Position numbers and translations under genes: made by a program. Under the pieces are notes generated by a model. The model was given only the letters and a program-made list of their open reading frames with translations. It had not been told where the DNA came from and searched no databases. From IMG/VR virus record IMGVR_UViG_3300044631_002183, positions 64,948-128,947 of that record: 64,000 nucleotides of DNA; one strand, written 5' to 3'. The DNA is from a virus. The number at the start of each line of letters is the position of its first letter. Positions within the stretch are counted from its first letter, which is position 1. This document shows positions 1 through 9,693 of the stretch, piece after piece.

Positions 1-1006
1 CAAGGCTGTTATCGGCAAGTTCTTTGATAAGTTCGTCAGTGATGGTAATCCAAGCTCCCTTGGCATGAGCGAACTCCCAAGCCAAAAGCTGGTCTACAAT
101 CTCGTACTCGACCCAAACGCTTGATCCGTTAGAGCGGCCATACTTAATTGGATAGCGAACTTCTCTGCCAGACTTCTCGTTAGGAGTCTTCTTAAAGACA
201 ATCTTGCACCAATGCCCGACTGGATTACCTTCTCCCTTTGCGTTAGCGTAAATAAAATCCTTATTCCATCTCTGCTGGAATTCTAGAATCCAGTCTGAAT
301 AGTGGAGAGCAGCATTTCCGCCGCTGGCATTAGTGACCTTTGGATCGCCCTTCTCATACGGATTGATCTTAATAGAAGATCTAACCTGAGAAATAATAAA
401 ACAAACATGTCCGCGAGAAGAGAAAGCCGCAGCCATCTTCCTCAAAAGATCAGAGGTGAGCAATGCCGCTCCAGCAGTTTTATTCGCTTCGGTGGCGGAC
501 TTCGCCAGATCGTTTCTAGGAACCAATGCGTCTAGACTGTCGATAATAAAGAAATAAATATTTCCATCATCGTTGTCTTTGATGAGTTCGCGCATAGTGT
601 CGGTAACGAATTCGTAGTCGTTCGTTGGGATCACTCGCCACTTGCTTGGATCTGTATTGACGCCAGATCTTGCAACCATGTTTTCGCTCAAGCGCCCTTC
701 AGATTTAATATAAATAATGCAACCCTTTTCTGGATGCAAGAGCTGAAAATTACGAGCAAACGATAAAGCATTGCTGGTTTTTCCGCCTTCAGTAATTCCT
801 GAAGACCTGATGATACCGGGATGGATTCCGCCGCCCATTTCGATATCCAAAGTAAGGCTTCCGCTGCTTACAACATAATCAATATTATTGTCAAAAGCGT
901 AGTGGTGGTCTTTGTTTCTATTAAGAATGCTATCCAGCACCTTAAGCTTGCCTGAAGAATTTGAAACCTCGGCTTCTTCTTGGACTTCTTTTTTTGGTCT
1001 TGCCAT
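1..1006 (-). CDS. RecA/UvsX-like recombinase (3' end runs off the window)
   Basis: Manual translation from ATG at 1006 (absent from ORF track): SSGSLTLDIEMGGG, Walker A GITEGGKTS, Walker B FFIIDSLDAL, ISQVR, SGGNAALHYSD. Confidence 0.9.
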   Translation of the reverse strand, partial: MARPKKEVQEEAEVSNSSGKLKVLDSILNRNKDHHYAFDNNIDYVVSSGSLTLDIEMGGGIHPGIIRSSGITEGGKTSNALSFARNFQLLHPEKGCIIYIKSEGRLSENMVARSGVNTDPSKWRVIPTNDYEFVTDTMRELIKDNDDGNIYFFIIDSLDALVPRNDLAKSATEANKTAGAALLTSDLLRKMAAAFSSRGHVCFIISQVRSSIKINPYEKGDPKVTNASGGNAALHYSDWILEFQQRWNKDFIYANAKGEGNPVGHWCKIVFKKTPNEKSGREVRYPIKYGRSNGSSVWVEYEIVDQLLAWEFAHAKGAWITITDELIKELADNSL

Positions 1007-1007
1007 A

Positions 1008-1367
1008 TTATTTATTGTTGAAAATATTTAGAAACTGCTTGAAAGATGTGGGTTTTAAAACGACCTCAGTTGGAGGCGCGACAGGATTATCTTCTAAAAC
1101 TATCTCTTCCTTTTCAAAAGAAAGAGATTGATATTTTTTGATATCGTTTAAGAAATTTTTTCCATTGTCTCCCAGAAACCAAGTAAGAGAGATGACCTTT
1201 GTCCTTCCCTTAAGGCTAATCAACCAATCAAAACCGTATTCTTCTATCAACTTGGTTGCAATTCGCATCTCATTAGGCCAATTGCAAGATTTAGTGTCAG
1301 AAAGAAATAAAATAATAATCTGCTGCTGCTGGCTTAGCTTTCTTGGTTTCTTCGTTTTAGCAGTCAT
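1008..1367 (-). CDS. hypothetical protein
   Basis: 119 aa ORF tightly packed between gmd and the recA-like gene. Confidence 0.7.
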   Translation of the reverse strand: MTAKTKKPRKLSQQQQIIILFLSDTKSCNWPNEMRIATKLIEEYGFDWLISLKGRTKVISLTWFLGDNGKNFLNDIKKYQSLSFEKEEIVLEDNPVAPPTEVVLKPTSFKQFLNIFNNK

Positions 1368-1385
1368 CGTTCCAACTATGCGTGG

Positions 1386-2447
1386 TTACGAGGATTTGTC
1401 AAGCAAAGAGATGTCGTGGGCAACCATTTTTTTCACCAAGCTCTTGAAATCGACTTTCGGAGACCATCCAAGCTCTTGTCTGGCAGGGATTGAATTTCCC
1501 ATCAATAAATCTACTTCTGCTGGTCGATAAAACTTTTCATTTACTTTAACTAAAATAGAAGAACTTGGATCATTTGATATGGCATATTTTGTTGATACGC
1601 TATACTCTTCATTTATTCCAGATCCATGCCAAATGCCATCTATACCAGCCTCATTAAAAGCAATTTCTACAAACTCCCTGATAGAATGAGTTTCGTCGCT
1701 AGAAAGAACATAATCTTTTGGCGTATCTTGATTAAGCATTTTCCATACTCCATCAACAAAATCTTCGGAGTCAGACCAGTCTCTTTTAGCGTCTAGATTA
1801 CCTAAATTAATTGGGTCGAAAACTTTGCCGTTTTTTATAGCATGATATATTCTGGCTACGCCTTTTGTTATTTTTCTAGTAACAAACTCTTCGCCTCGCT
1901 TGACGCCTTCATGATTAAATAAAATACCGTGGATAGCGTAAAGATTGTAAGATTCTCTATAAACTTTCACCAAGTGCCTTGCGGCGGCTTTAGAAGCTCC
2001 ATATGGGCTTCTTGGGCGGATTGGATGGTTTATGTCTTGAGGGATGGCTGCAACGTCTCCGAATTCCTCGCTAGATCCAGCAGAATAAAATCTACAATCT
2101 GGTTTGAATCTCCTTATAGCTTCGAGACATCTAGCTACTCCTGAAGCGTTGGTATCAAATGTTTGCAATGGTATAGTCCAGCTACACCCTACAAAACTCT
2201 GAGCACCAAAATTAATAAAATAATCTGGTTGAATTTCTCTAACTATGTTGTCAATACTGACGCTATCAGATAGATCTCCATACACAAATTTAAATCTAGG
2301 ATCGTTTAAAAAATTAGTACAATTTATAAAATTTGGATTAGAGCTTCTTCTAATCATCCCATAAATTTCAGCAGAAGTATTTTTTAGCAAATATTCCGCC
2401 ATATTCGCTCCATCTTGGCCAAGAATGCCTGTGACGATGATTTTCAT
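1386..2447 (-). CDS. gmd: GDP-mannose 4,6-dehydratase
   Basis: TGILGQDG, AQSFV, SSEEFG, PRSPYGASK, GILFNHEG..RGEEFVTRKI, LGNLDAKRDW. Confidence 0.95.
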   Translation of the reverse strand: MKIIVTGILGQDGANMAEYLLKNTSAEIYGMIRRSSNPNFINCTNFLNDPRFKFVYGDLSDSVSIDNIVREIQPDYFINFGAQSFVGCSWTIPLQTFDTNASGVARCLEAIRRFKPDCRFYSAGSSEEFGDVAAIPQDINHPIRPRSPYGASKAAARHLVKVYRESYNLYAIHGILFNHEGVKRGEEFVTRKITKGVARIYHAIKNGKVFDPINLGNLDAKRDWSDSEDFVDGVWKMLNQDTPKDYVLSSDETHSIREFVEIAFNEAGIDGIWHGSGINEEYSVSTKYAISNDPSSSILVKVNEKFYRPAEVDLLMGNSIPARQELGWSPKVDFKSLVKKMVAHDISLLDKSS

Positions 2448-2755
2448 TAGAACTCAATTCTGCCGAGTAAAATATCCTTCAACATAACCCAATCAGAAGC
2501 TTTAGCCCAAAGAGGGTTTTTAAAAGCTGCTGGTTTGTTTTTCTCAATGAAAAAATGCCCACTCCACGCAAATGGATACACTACGAAAGGCAGCGCTATG
2601 AACATCGGCAAAAAAAGTAAAGACTTCCAAAATACTAAATAAACACAAGTAATAAAATAAGCAATAGTAACTAATTGTCCAAGAACGTGAAGTCTTCTGT
2701 TCCACTTATTCTTATGGAGAGTCAGATACATTTGATAGTATTCTTTAAATGTCAT
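2447..2755 (-). CDS. DUF962/Mpo1-like small membrane protein
   Basis: Y..YL..H.N..NRRLH, AWSGHFFIEKNKPAAF.NP signature. Confidence 0.85.
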   Translation of the reverse strand: MTFKEYYQMYLTLHKNKWNRRLHVLGQLVTIAYFITCVYLVFWKSLLFLPMFIALPFVVYPFAWSGHFFIEKNKPAAFKNPLWAKASDWVMLKDILLGRIEF

Positions 2756-3198
2756 AGGTTTGTTTTAAGCAAATCGCTTGATGAATATATTTTAGGCAAA
2801 TCCAATACGATTTCAAAAATATTATTATCTTTGCAAGCCTGAGATTCCGCTGAAACAAGATTGCCTTGTTTTCTATCTCCGCTGTTAAAAAAAGAGATTC
2901 TAGATTTAGGAAAAGATTGCCTAATTTTATTTAAAGTAGCGCATTGAGTTTTATCTTTATCGAGTGAAATTATTGAAAGGTCTACAGATCTCAAACTGGA
3001 AACAATTTTTCTTCTATGCTCTTCGTCCATGAATCGCTTAGAGCCTTTCAAAAAAACTTGTAAATCGCTATTAACTACAGCTATCAAAAAATCGCAATTC
3101 TTTTTAGCGCCATCTATATACTCTATATGTCCATAATGTATTGGATTAAAATATCCAGATACAATTCCGATATGCAAGTCATCTAGAAGATATTTCAT
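2752..3198 (-). CDS. cytidylyltransferase-family nucleotidyltransferase (HldE/RfaE domain II or TagD-like)
   Basis: SGYFNPIHYGH (HxGH), VVNSD, KG.K.FM.E..R, C-terminal SSS; likely start at 3198. Confidence 0.85.
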   Translation of the reverse strand: MKYLLDDLHIGIVSGYFNPIHYGHIEYIDGAKKNCDFLIAVVNSDLQVFLKGSKRFMDEEHRRKIVSSLRSVDLSIISLDKDKTQCATLNKIRQSFPKSRISFFNSGDRKQGNLVSAESQACKDNNIFEIVLDLPKIYSSSDLLKTNL

Positions 3199-4156
3199 TG
3201 GAATTATTGAATATTGTATAAGCTCCATTGTAGTCAAAATCAAACTCTAGGATATTGTCAGAAAAAATTTCAGATATCTTTTTCTTTACGCTAGGATCGC
3301 ATAGAATTAAAACAAAACCACACCCTCCTGCTCCAAGTAGTTTAGCCCCATAAGCTCCAGCATTCATGCATGTAGATATTATAGAGTCTACAGATTTAGT
3401 AGAAACATGACTTGAAATTTTAGACTTCTCAAGCCAGGCGTCATACATTAGCTTGCCCATAGACTTAATATCCTCAGAAAGAAGATGAGAATACGCTTCG
3501 TGAGCGAGCTTTAGAATAGGAGTTTTATCTTTATTTTCGTGAGATTTTGCGACGTTATCAGAAACTCTTTGCTCATTCGAATAAATAAGCACCATTGAAT
3601 CTCGAAGATGATCTCTGAATTCGTTTGTTATAGATAAAGGCTTAACAAAGAAATCTCCATTCTTTTTTATTTCTATTGTGTTCAATCCACCATAAGCGGC
3701 CCAAATTTGATCTTGTATTCCGCCGCTCTCTTTTAGTATATTTCTTTCTATTTCTATAGCATCTTTAGCTATTTGTTTTTTAGATATTTCTTTTCCTAAA
3801 AAAGTTCTAAGCAAATGACTCATACCTACGCAGTAAGAAGAAGATCCGCCTAGTCCAGTGCGCGATGGAATGTCTGAAAATGAAATAAATTCAATTGACC
3901 CATTGATTCCAAAATATTTTAAAGTTTCTCTAATTAAAGGATTTTCTATATCAAGAAGGCTTTTCACTCGCTCGAATTTAGAATAGCTTATCGTACTTGC
4001 TTCAGATAAAATCTTAGGCTTATTTCTTATAGATAGATAAGCATATTTATTAATAGTACATCCAAATATAAAAGATCCATGCTGACTATAAAAATCAGCA
4101 TAATCAGTAGATCCGCCAAAAAACGAAACTCTAAATGGAGACTTTACTAAAATCAT
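3179..4156 (-). CDS. GHMP kinase, HddA-like heptose-7-phosphate kinase
   Basis: PFRVSFFGGSTD, DIPSRTGLGGSSS, GGIQDQ..AAYGG, GAKLLGAGGCG. Confidence 0.85.
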   Translation of the reverse strand: MILVKSPFRVSFFGGSTDYADFYSQHGSFIFGCTINKYAYLSIRNKPKILSEASTISYSKFERVKSLLDIENPLIRETLKYFGINGSIEFISFSDIPSRTGLGGSSSYCVGMSHLLRTFLGKEISKKQIAKDAIEIERNILKESGGIQDQIWAAYGGLNTIEIKKNGDFFVKPLSITNEFRDHLRDSMVLIYSNEQRVSDNVAKSHENKDKTPILKLAHEAYSHLLSEDIKSMGKLMYDAWLEKSKISSHVSTKSVDSIISTCMNAGAYGAKLLGAGGCGFVLILCDPSVKKKISEIFSDNILEFDFDYNGAYTIFNNSNEISSR

Positions 4157-5334
4157 GAAGGCAAATCATTGACAAGAGAAGTGAGTTCGGTAATGTATTC
4201 TTTAGGAAGCTCTGGGTAATTGCCAATATACCAGCCGAAATTATGACAATGATCAGTAACTGGAAAATTAAGATAACTGTTTCCGAAAATCCTTCTAAGA
4301 TATGGCTGACGTAACTGATTGCCTCCGCCAGATAAACCGCGCCTAAACTCAATTCCTGCATTGCGCAAAGCGGTTTCCACGTTCATTGCTAATGCCCAAT
4401 CAGGCTTCTTAAGAATTAAGGTGAAAGCATAATTTGAATTACCAGTCCTATCAAAATCAACAAAAAACTTATCAGGATTTAAATTATCTAAAAAGATATC
4501 TAGATTTTCTGCTCTGATTTTATTGTTCTTATCTAGATTAGGCAATTGATTTAAAGCTAATACAGCATTGATTTCTGTTGATCTGAAATTGTGAGCTGCT
4601 TCCAAGAAAACAAAATCCTTGTTTAAATCTGGATTTTCGTTGAGAACTTTCTTTTTTAGATCTTCATCAGTCGTTTCCCTCAACATTCCATGAGATCGAA
4701 AGGCTCTAATTAATTGATATATATCATGGTTATCAGTGCAAATCATTCCTCCCTCAATGGAGGTCATGTGGTGAGCGTAATAAAATGAAAAGTTAGAAAT
4801 GTCGCCGAATGTACCGACCTTTCTGCCATTAAACGTAGCGCCATGAGACTCGCAAACGTCTTCGATTAGAAGAATATTTTTTTCCTTACAAATCTGGATA
4901 AGCTCATCAGAAATACCGTTGTATCCAAGAATATGAATCAATAGAATAGCCTTAGTCCTGCTCGTAATTTTACGCTTAATATCTTCAATATCTAATGCTA
5001 GATTATTAAGCTTAATATCGCAAAATACTGGAGTGAAATCATTCTGTAAAACTGCTGCTACATCTGAAACCCAAGCCATTGGAGGCACAATAACTTCTCC
5101 TCCTTGAGGAAACTTATACTTGAGATAAAGTAAAGATAACTCATTAGCTGCGCTGCCTGAGTTTACCATTACGTTATATTTTGTTCCAAGCCACTCTCCC
5201 CATTTAGCTTCGAATTCTTTTACTTTTGAAGCATTGGTAAGAATCGGCAAAGGATCTTGAGATAAGAAATCAATAATAGCATTTGCATCTGAGCGTGAAA
5301 TGTTATTATGCATCAATGGCCACTTCATATTCAT
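4153..5334 (-). CDS. PLP-dependent DegT-family enzyme, ColD-like GDP-4-keto-6-deoxymannose 3-dehydratase
   Basis: VNSGSAAN, EDVCESHGA, SFYYAHHMTSIEGG (His in place of the Schiff-base Lys), RSHG; no Fe-S Cys cluster. Confidence 0.8.
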   Translation of the reverse strand: MNMKWPLMHNNISRSDANAIIDFLSQDPLPILTNASKVKEFEAKWGEWLGTKYNVMVNSGSAANELSLLYLKYKFPQGGEVIVPPMAWVSDVAAVLQNDFTPVFCDIKLNNLALDIEDIKRKITSRTKAILLIHILGYNGISDELIQICKEKNILLIEDVCESHGATFNGRKVGTFGDISNFSFYYAHHMTSIEGGMICTDNHDIYQLIRAFRSHGMLRETTDEDLKKKVLNENPDLNKDFVFLEAAHNFRSTEINAVLALNQLPNLDKNNKIRAENLDIFLDNLNPDKFFVDFDRTGNSNYAFTLILKKPDWALAMNVETALRNAGIEFRRGLSGGGNQLRQPYLRRIFGNSYLNFPVTDHCHNFGWYIGNYPELPKEYITELTSLVNDLPS

Positions 5335-6239
5335 AGTCTTACGTTGGGATAATTTTCTACAAACCAATCAACAGATTTAGATATTCCTTCTTCGATTGTC
5401 GTAAATTTAAAATTGTTAATAGATGCTAGTTTATTACCGCTTAATTTTCTAATTTTTTGACCGCTTGGTTTAGAGGTGTCAAAAACTAGTTTCTTTTCTA
5501 TGTCAAATTTCTTAGCTATTAATTCTGCGACATATCCAATTTCAGTGGGCATATTGTTAGAAAAGATTAAAGGTTCTTTATCGAAATAATTTTCCAAAGC
5601 CCATTGAGTGAGATCTGCAATATCTTGAGTAAAAAGAAAATCTCTCTGTTGTTTTCCGTCTCCCCATACTATAAAATTTTCTCCAGTTTTAGTGGATTGA
5701 AACGCTCTATGAATTAATACAGCGACAACATGTCCAGTTTCTGAATTATAGTTATCATTTATTCCATAGATATTTGTTGGAACAATACAGTTGTATTTTA
5801 AGCCAAATTTTTCATAACAAATTTTGCTTTGGACATCTAACATTCTTTTAGCGTATCCATATGGATAATGGACTTCAGCCGGTTCTGAATGATGGATATG
5901 TTTTTCGCAATATGGCAAAGGGGCGGAGTCAGAAAAAATGCAAGAAGACAAGAAAGATAATACTCTTTCTACTTTAGCCTCTTTGGCGGCATGAATGATA
6001 TTTGTATTTATTGCTACATTATCATAAAACAAAGAATACTTTTCTTCAAGGTGATATTTTAATCCTCCAACTTTAGCGGCACAATGAACTATGGCATCGG
6101 GATTAACGTCTTTGATGAGTTTTTCGGCTTGAGATGGGACGCGCAAATCATAAGAAGAAGAAGGAAATCCAACTCCAAAATTTAGATTAGAGCCTACTGA
6201 TCCAGTTTTACCAGTAATAAGAACATTTTTATATTTCAT
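5331..6239 (-). CDS. GDP-L-fucose synthase/ColC-like epimerase-reductase
   Basis: HCAAKVGG, SSCIF, YGYAKR, PTNIYGINDNY, VWGDGKQQRDF. Confidence 0.85.
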   Translation of the reverse strand: MKYKNVLITGKTGSVGSNLNFGVGFPSSSYDLRVPSQAEKLIKDVNPDAIVHCAAKVGGLKYHLEEKYSLFYDNVAINTNIIHAAKEAKVERVLSFLSSCIFSDSAPLPYCEKHIHHSEPAEVHYPYGYAKRMLDVQSKICYEKFGLKYNCIVPTNIYGINDNYNSETGHVVAVLIHRAFQSTKTGENFIVWGDGKQQRDFLFTQDIADLTQWALENYFDKEPLIFSNNMPTEIGYVAELIAKKFDIEKKLVFDTSKPSGQKIRKLSGNKLASINNFKFTTIEEGISKSVDWFVENYPNVRL

Positions 6240-6820
6240 AGTTTATCGCATTCTAAATTTAAACTCATGAGAATGCCTCCAAAATCTACGCTTTTTCCAT
6301 TATCTAGAATGAAATTTTTCTTCATCGTGGGGAAATAAGCACTCGCATATGTATCGATATAATTATGAGGCCATGTTGTGCGCCAATCCCATTCTTTTAC
6401 ATTAGAAAATTTTGCATTTAGAAGCTCCTTGGTTAGAGATTCTTTAGTGTGAATATTTTTATGGAAATCCCAAGAGTCTCTTTGCGATCCCATGAACATG
6501 CTTTTAACTAAATTTTTATCGCCAGTCATTAAAAGCAGAGCCGAAGTCTTGGAGGCGTCTGGAACAGAGATTCTTAGTTTGCCTCCTTTTTTTAATTTTT
6601 TAAACCATACATCCAAAGCCTTATCTGTTTCGGAATATGATAAGTGCTCAAACATATGAACAGATTCAATTAAATCTATAGATTCATCATCGAAAGTGTT
6701 GAGTTCAAATGCGTTATCTATTCTATCTGCGTATTGATTGCTTGGGTCTATGTCTACATTTATATAGGTAGGCAAAGGCTTTGTTCTGCAACCTAGATTA
6801 ACTTTAATTAGATTATTCAA
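6236..6820 (-). CDS. SAM-dependent methyltransferase (type 11-like)
   Basis: NLGC...YINVD, H.FEHL, LKKGGKLRISVPD, SLNLEC. Confidence 0.8.
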   Translation of the reverse strand: MNNLIKVNLGCRTKPLPTYINVDIDPSNQYADRIDNAFELNTFDDESIDLIESVHMFEHLSYSETDKALDVWFKKLKKGGKLRISVPDASKTSALLLMTGDKNLVKSMFMGSQRDSWDFHKNIHTKESLTKELLNAKFSNVKEWDWRTTWPHNYIDTYASAYFPTMKKNFILDNGKSVDFGGILMSLNLECDKL

Positions 6821-7586
6821 ATTTAAATGTCCTTTCCCAAAATGGATTAGCTTTTGTCCAGTTGTTGTAGTCTATAACTAAATCTGGCTCGGCATCTCCA
6901 TCGTAAATTTTATTAAACAACGGCTCGTCATTTAATTCGTAAGCTAGTTGAACTGGAATTTTATTTACGGGATCCCATGGTTTCCAATCGAATCTTGCCA
7001 CTCTTCGTGGTGCATAATGCATAATGCCGCCATCTCTTTGAACCCTAAAAGCGAGATCATGGGTGTTCATATTTATATGCTCCCAACGGCAATCTAATCC
7101 GCCAAGTCTCCTATAGTTTTCTAAAGTATACATAAATTGGGGAGCTATTTTCCAATTTCTATTAACTAATTTTTTATGTAGACCGCTATGATAATCACAT
7201 GTCCAGTATTGTGGAATAGTATGTTGATTACCTGTAAAGCTTTGGCCTTCTGAGTATATCATTATCATGCCATCTTTTTCGCTTTTACTATCCATTATCT
7301 CTATGCATTCTGCTAAGGCACCGTGTTCCAAAATACAATCATCAGAAAGTGAAAAGATATACTTTCCAGTCGCTACTGTTGAAGCAAGTTGAAAACATCT
7401 AGATGGAGACCCAAAATCTCTAATATAAATAAAATTTATAACAGAAGCTAGTTCGGGGGGCGGAAAGTTAGGGCCGCAACAAATTAACTGAAAAGATGCG
7501 CCTAGTTGTTGGCGTAGATCATTATATATATTTAACCAATTATCTGATCTTATGCCAGAGACTACTACAGAAATCTTGTATTTCAT
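6813..7586 (-). CDS. GT2-like glycosyltransferase (paralog 1 of 3)
   Basis: GT-A pattern, SDD, GGLDCRWE, HDLAFR; similar to the two upstream ORFs. Confidence 0.7.
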   Translation of the reverse strand: MKYKISVVVSGIRSDNWLNIYNDLRQQLGASFQLICCGPNFPPPELASVINFIYIRDFGSPSRCFQLASTVATGKYIFSLSDDCILEHGALAECIEIMDSKSEKDGMIMIYSEGQSFTGNQHTIPQYWTCDYHSGLHKKLVNRNWKIAPQFMYTLENYRRLGGLDCRWEHINMNTHDLAFRVQRDGGIMHYAPRRVARFDWKPWDPVNKIPVQLAYELNDEPLFNKIYDGDAEPDLVIDYNNWTKANPFWERTFKFE

Positions 7587-8383
7587 GTTAATAATTCATT
7601 ATATGATGATGGATTAGAATTACCAAATCTTCTTTCCCATTTTTCTGGATAGAATTTATGGTTATTTATATCTATATTTTTTCTGCTCGCGTATTGATAA
7701 TTCCATATACTCCAGAACAAAGGAGTGTCTAATTGTTCTTGGGCTATTTGTATTGGTTTATGCTCTAAACCTTTAGATCCTCCAGACCAATCTGCAGTAG
7801 TCACATTTCCAGCAGAGTGATAAACAATAGATCCATATTTTTGTAATCTAATAAGCAGATCAGCTCCAGCTTGAGTTAAATATTCGAAACAACAATCGAA
7901 ACCCCCGTATTCAATAAATAAATCTTTTTTCATTAAGAAATGTACATTGATATTCCAGTTTTGGTTCAATGTGGGAACAGGGCAGGAGTTGGCTACTGTC
8001 CAATAATGAAGGGGAAACTCTTCTTTTACTTCGTGATTAAGGCTTTCTACATATCTCATTGAGACTACATCATTAGATCTGCATTTCTGCTGAAATAAAT
8101 CTATAGCTTCATCTATGGCGTTTTCAATAAATAAAACATCGTCTGTTGTATGGTAAATCAATTCTCCAGAGCATTCTAAAGCCGCCATGTGCGCAGATTT
8201 AGTAGGATGAGAGTATGTTTTTATAAATTTAACATTAGCTTTGTTTTTTAACTCATTAGGCAAGTCAAAAGGTCCAGCTATGACAAATTCAAAATCGTGT
8301 TTTTTACAAGATTTTAAAGCGCTTTCATATAATTGATTTAAATAGAAAGTCCTGATACTTGGCAAAAATATAGATAGTTTCAT
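7583..8383 (-). CDS. GT2-like glycosyltransferase (paralog 2 of 3)
   Basis: LSIFLPSIR, TDD, GGFDCCFE, ADLLIR. Confidence 0.7.
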   Translation of the reverse strand: MKLSIFLPSIRTFYLNQLYESALKSCKKHDFEFVIAGPFDLPNELKNKANVKFIKTYSHPTKSAHMAALECSGELIYHTTDDVLFIENAIDEAIDLFQQKCRSNDVVSMRYVESLNHEVKEEFPLHYWTVANSCPVPTLNQNWNINVHFLMKKDLFIEYGGFDCCFEYLTQAGADLLIRLQKYGSIVYHSAGNVTTADWSGGSKGLEHKPIQIAQEQLDTPLFWSIWNYQYASRKNIDINNHKFYPEKWERRFGNSNPSSYNELLT

Positions 8384-9162
8384 TGAAATCTATGCTTCCA
8401 AATTGAAGGGGCGTTTTTCCAATTCATTAGATCTATTCTATTTTTTGATGGATCTATTATTCTTGAGTATTTATCTCTGAAAATAGGAGCGTCTTCATAG
8501 ACTTGGCTAATTTCTATCGGACCATGATCGTCTTGGCCGTGATCGCACATTATAATTGGATGGTCACTCATATAAGTCTTGCATCCATCGCTTTGGCATC
8601 TGATAGCTAAATCTGCATGACTATATGGGCAAGCTTGGAATCTGCAATCAAATCCTCCCATTTCTAGAAAATAACTAGAATGTAAAAAAACAGTATTATA
8701 AATCCACCAATCTTTATCTACTACTTGTGGATTAGTTTGATAAGCATTAATCAATTTATAATAATCATCATTTTGATATCTTTCTGGATGAGAATAATTA
8801 GAGCTTTCTGAGTACTTGGCTACTACAGCATTTTTACTGCTATCTCCTTTGCTTATCAAAAGATCTAAATTTTTATCTATGGCATCAGGAATAAAAAGAG
8901 AATCATCAGAATGAGTCGGAAAAACATATTTTCCTTCTATGGACATTACTCCAATTTGGCTTGCTCTAGTCGGGCTTCCCCAATCTTTTATAATTTTTAT
9001 ATTTTTATAAGACTTTACTTCATTAGGCAAGTCATATGGAGATATAATTATTAATTCAAAAGTCCTTTTTGTTGAGCTTTGAATTGATTGATATACTTTT
9101 GGCCAGTTTTCTGCTCTTATCGCTGGCATCAAAATCGATAGTTCTGGTCTATAAATATTCAT
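8380..9162 (-). CDS. GT2-like glycosyltransferase (paralog 3 of 3)
   Basis: LSILMPAIR, SDD, GGFDCRFQ, ADLAIR. Confidence 0.7.
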   Translation of the reverse strand: MNIYRPELSILMPAIRAENWPKVYQSIQSSTKRTFELIIISPYDLPNEVKSYKNIKIIKDWGSPTRASQIGVMSIEGKYVFPTHSDDSLFIPDAIDKNLDLLISKGDSSKNAVVAKYSESSNYSHPERYQNDDYYKLINAYQTNPQVVDKDWWIYNTVFLHSSYFLEMGGFDCRFQACPYSHADLAIRCQSDGCKTYMSDHPIIMCDHGQDDHGPIEISQVYEDAPIFRDKYSRIIDPSKNRIDLMNWKNAPSIWKHRFQ

Positions 9163-9692
9163 TATTTTTCGCTATAGTAATCTCCCCATTCAACTAAGAT
9201 AGTAGACTTGCCGTCTTTTCTTGTAAGAGCTTTCTCATATGCTGGAAAAATATCTTCTGGCTCATCTAATCTAATAACTTCTACATTTTTAAGCATCAAT
9301 CTAAACGCATCGGTAAAATCTCCTACATGTTGATGTTGTGGATGCAGCGGTCTTTCTGAGCCAATACCAGTTCTAATAATTGCTTTAGTTTTAAAATCAG
9401 AAATCATTGGAATCTTGTCCAAATGACTAACGACTTGATTTGTAGCTAGTAAAAAGAAGTTCCATCTTGGATAAATACTAACTGGGATTTTACCAGCTAA
9501 TGCAAGACCATTTGTCATACCGGCTTGCAAATCTTCGCACACGGGAAGTTCTAGCTTTTTATTGTTAGGTACGTCTTTTAAGGTATTAGTCATAGCAGTG
9601 CCAGCATACTCAACTGCCTGACCAATAAATAAAGTGTCTGGATGGGACGCTAAATAATCCATTGACCTTTTTAATTCATCGAAATATTTCAT
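9162..9692 (-). CDS. TPP enzyme E1-beta-like subunit (pyrimidine-binding domain only)
   Basis: FIGQAV, ELPVCEDLQAGM..GLAL.G, QH; likely start at 9692. Confidence 0.8.
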   Translation of the reverse strand: MKYFDELKRSMDYLASHPDTLFIGQAVEYAGTAMTNTLKDVPNNKKLELPVCEDLQAGMTNGLALAGKIPVSIYPRWNFFLLATNQVVSHLDKIPMISDFKTKAIIRTGIGSERPLHPQHQHVGDFTDAFRLMLKNVEVIRLDEPEDIFPAYEKALTRKDGKSTILVEWGDYYSEK

Positions 9693-9693
9693 A

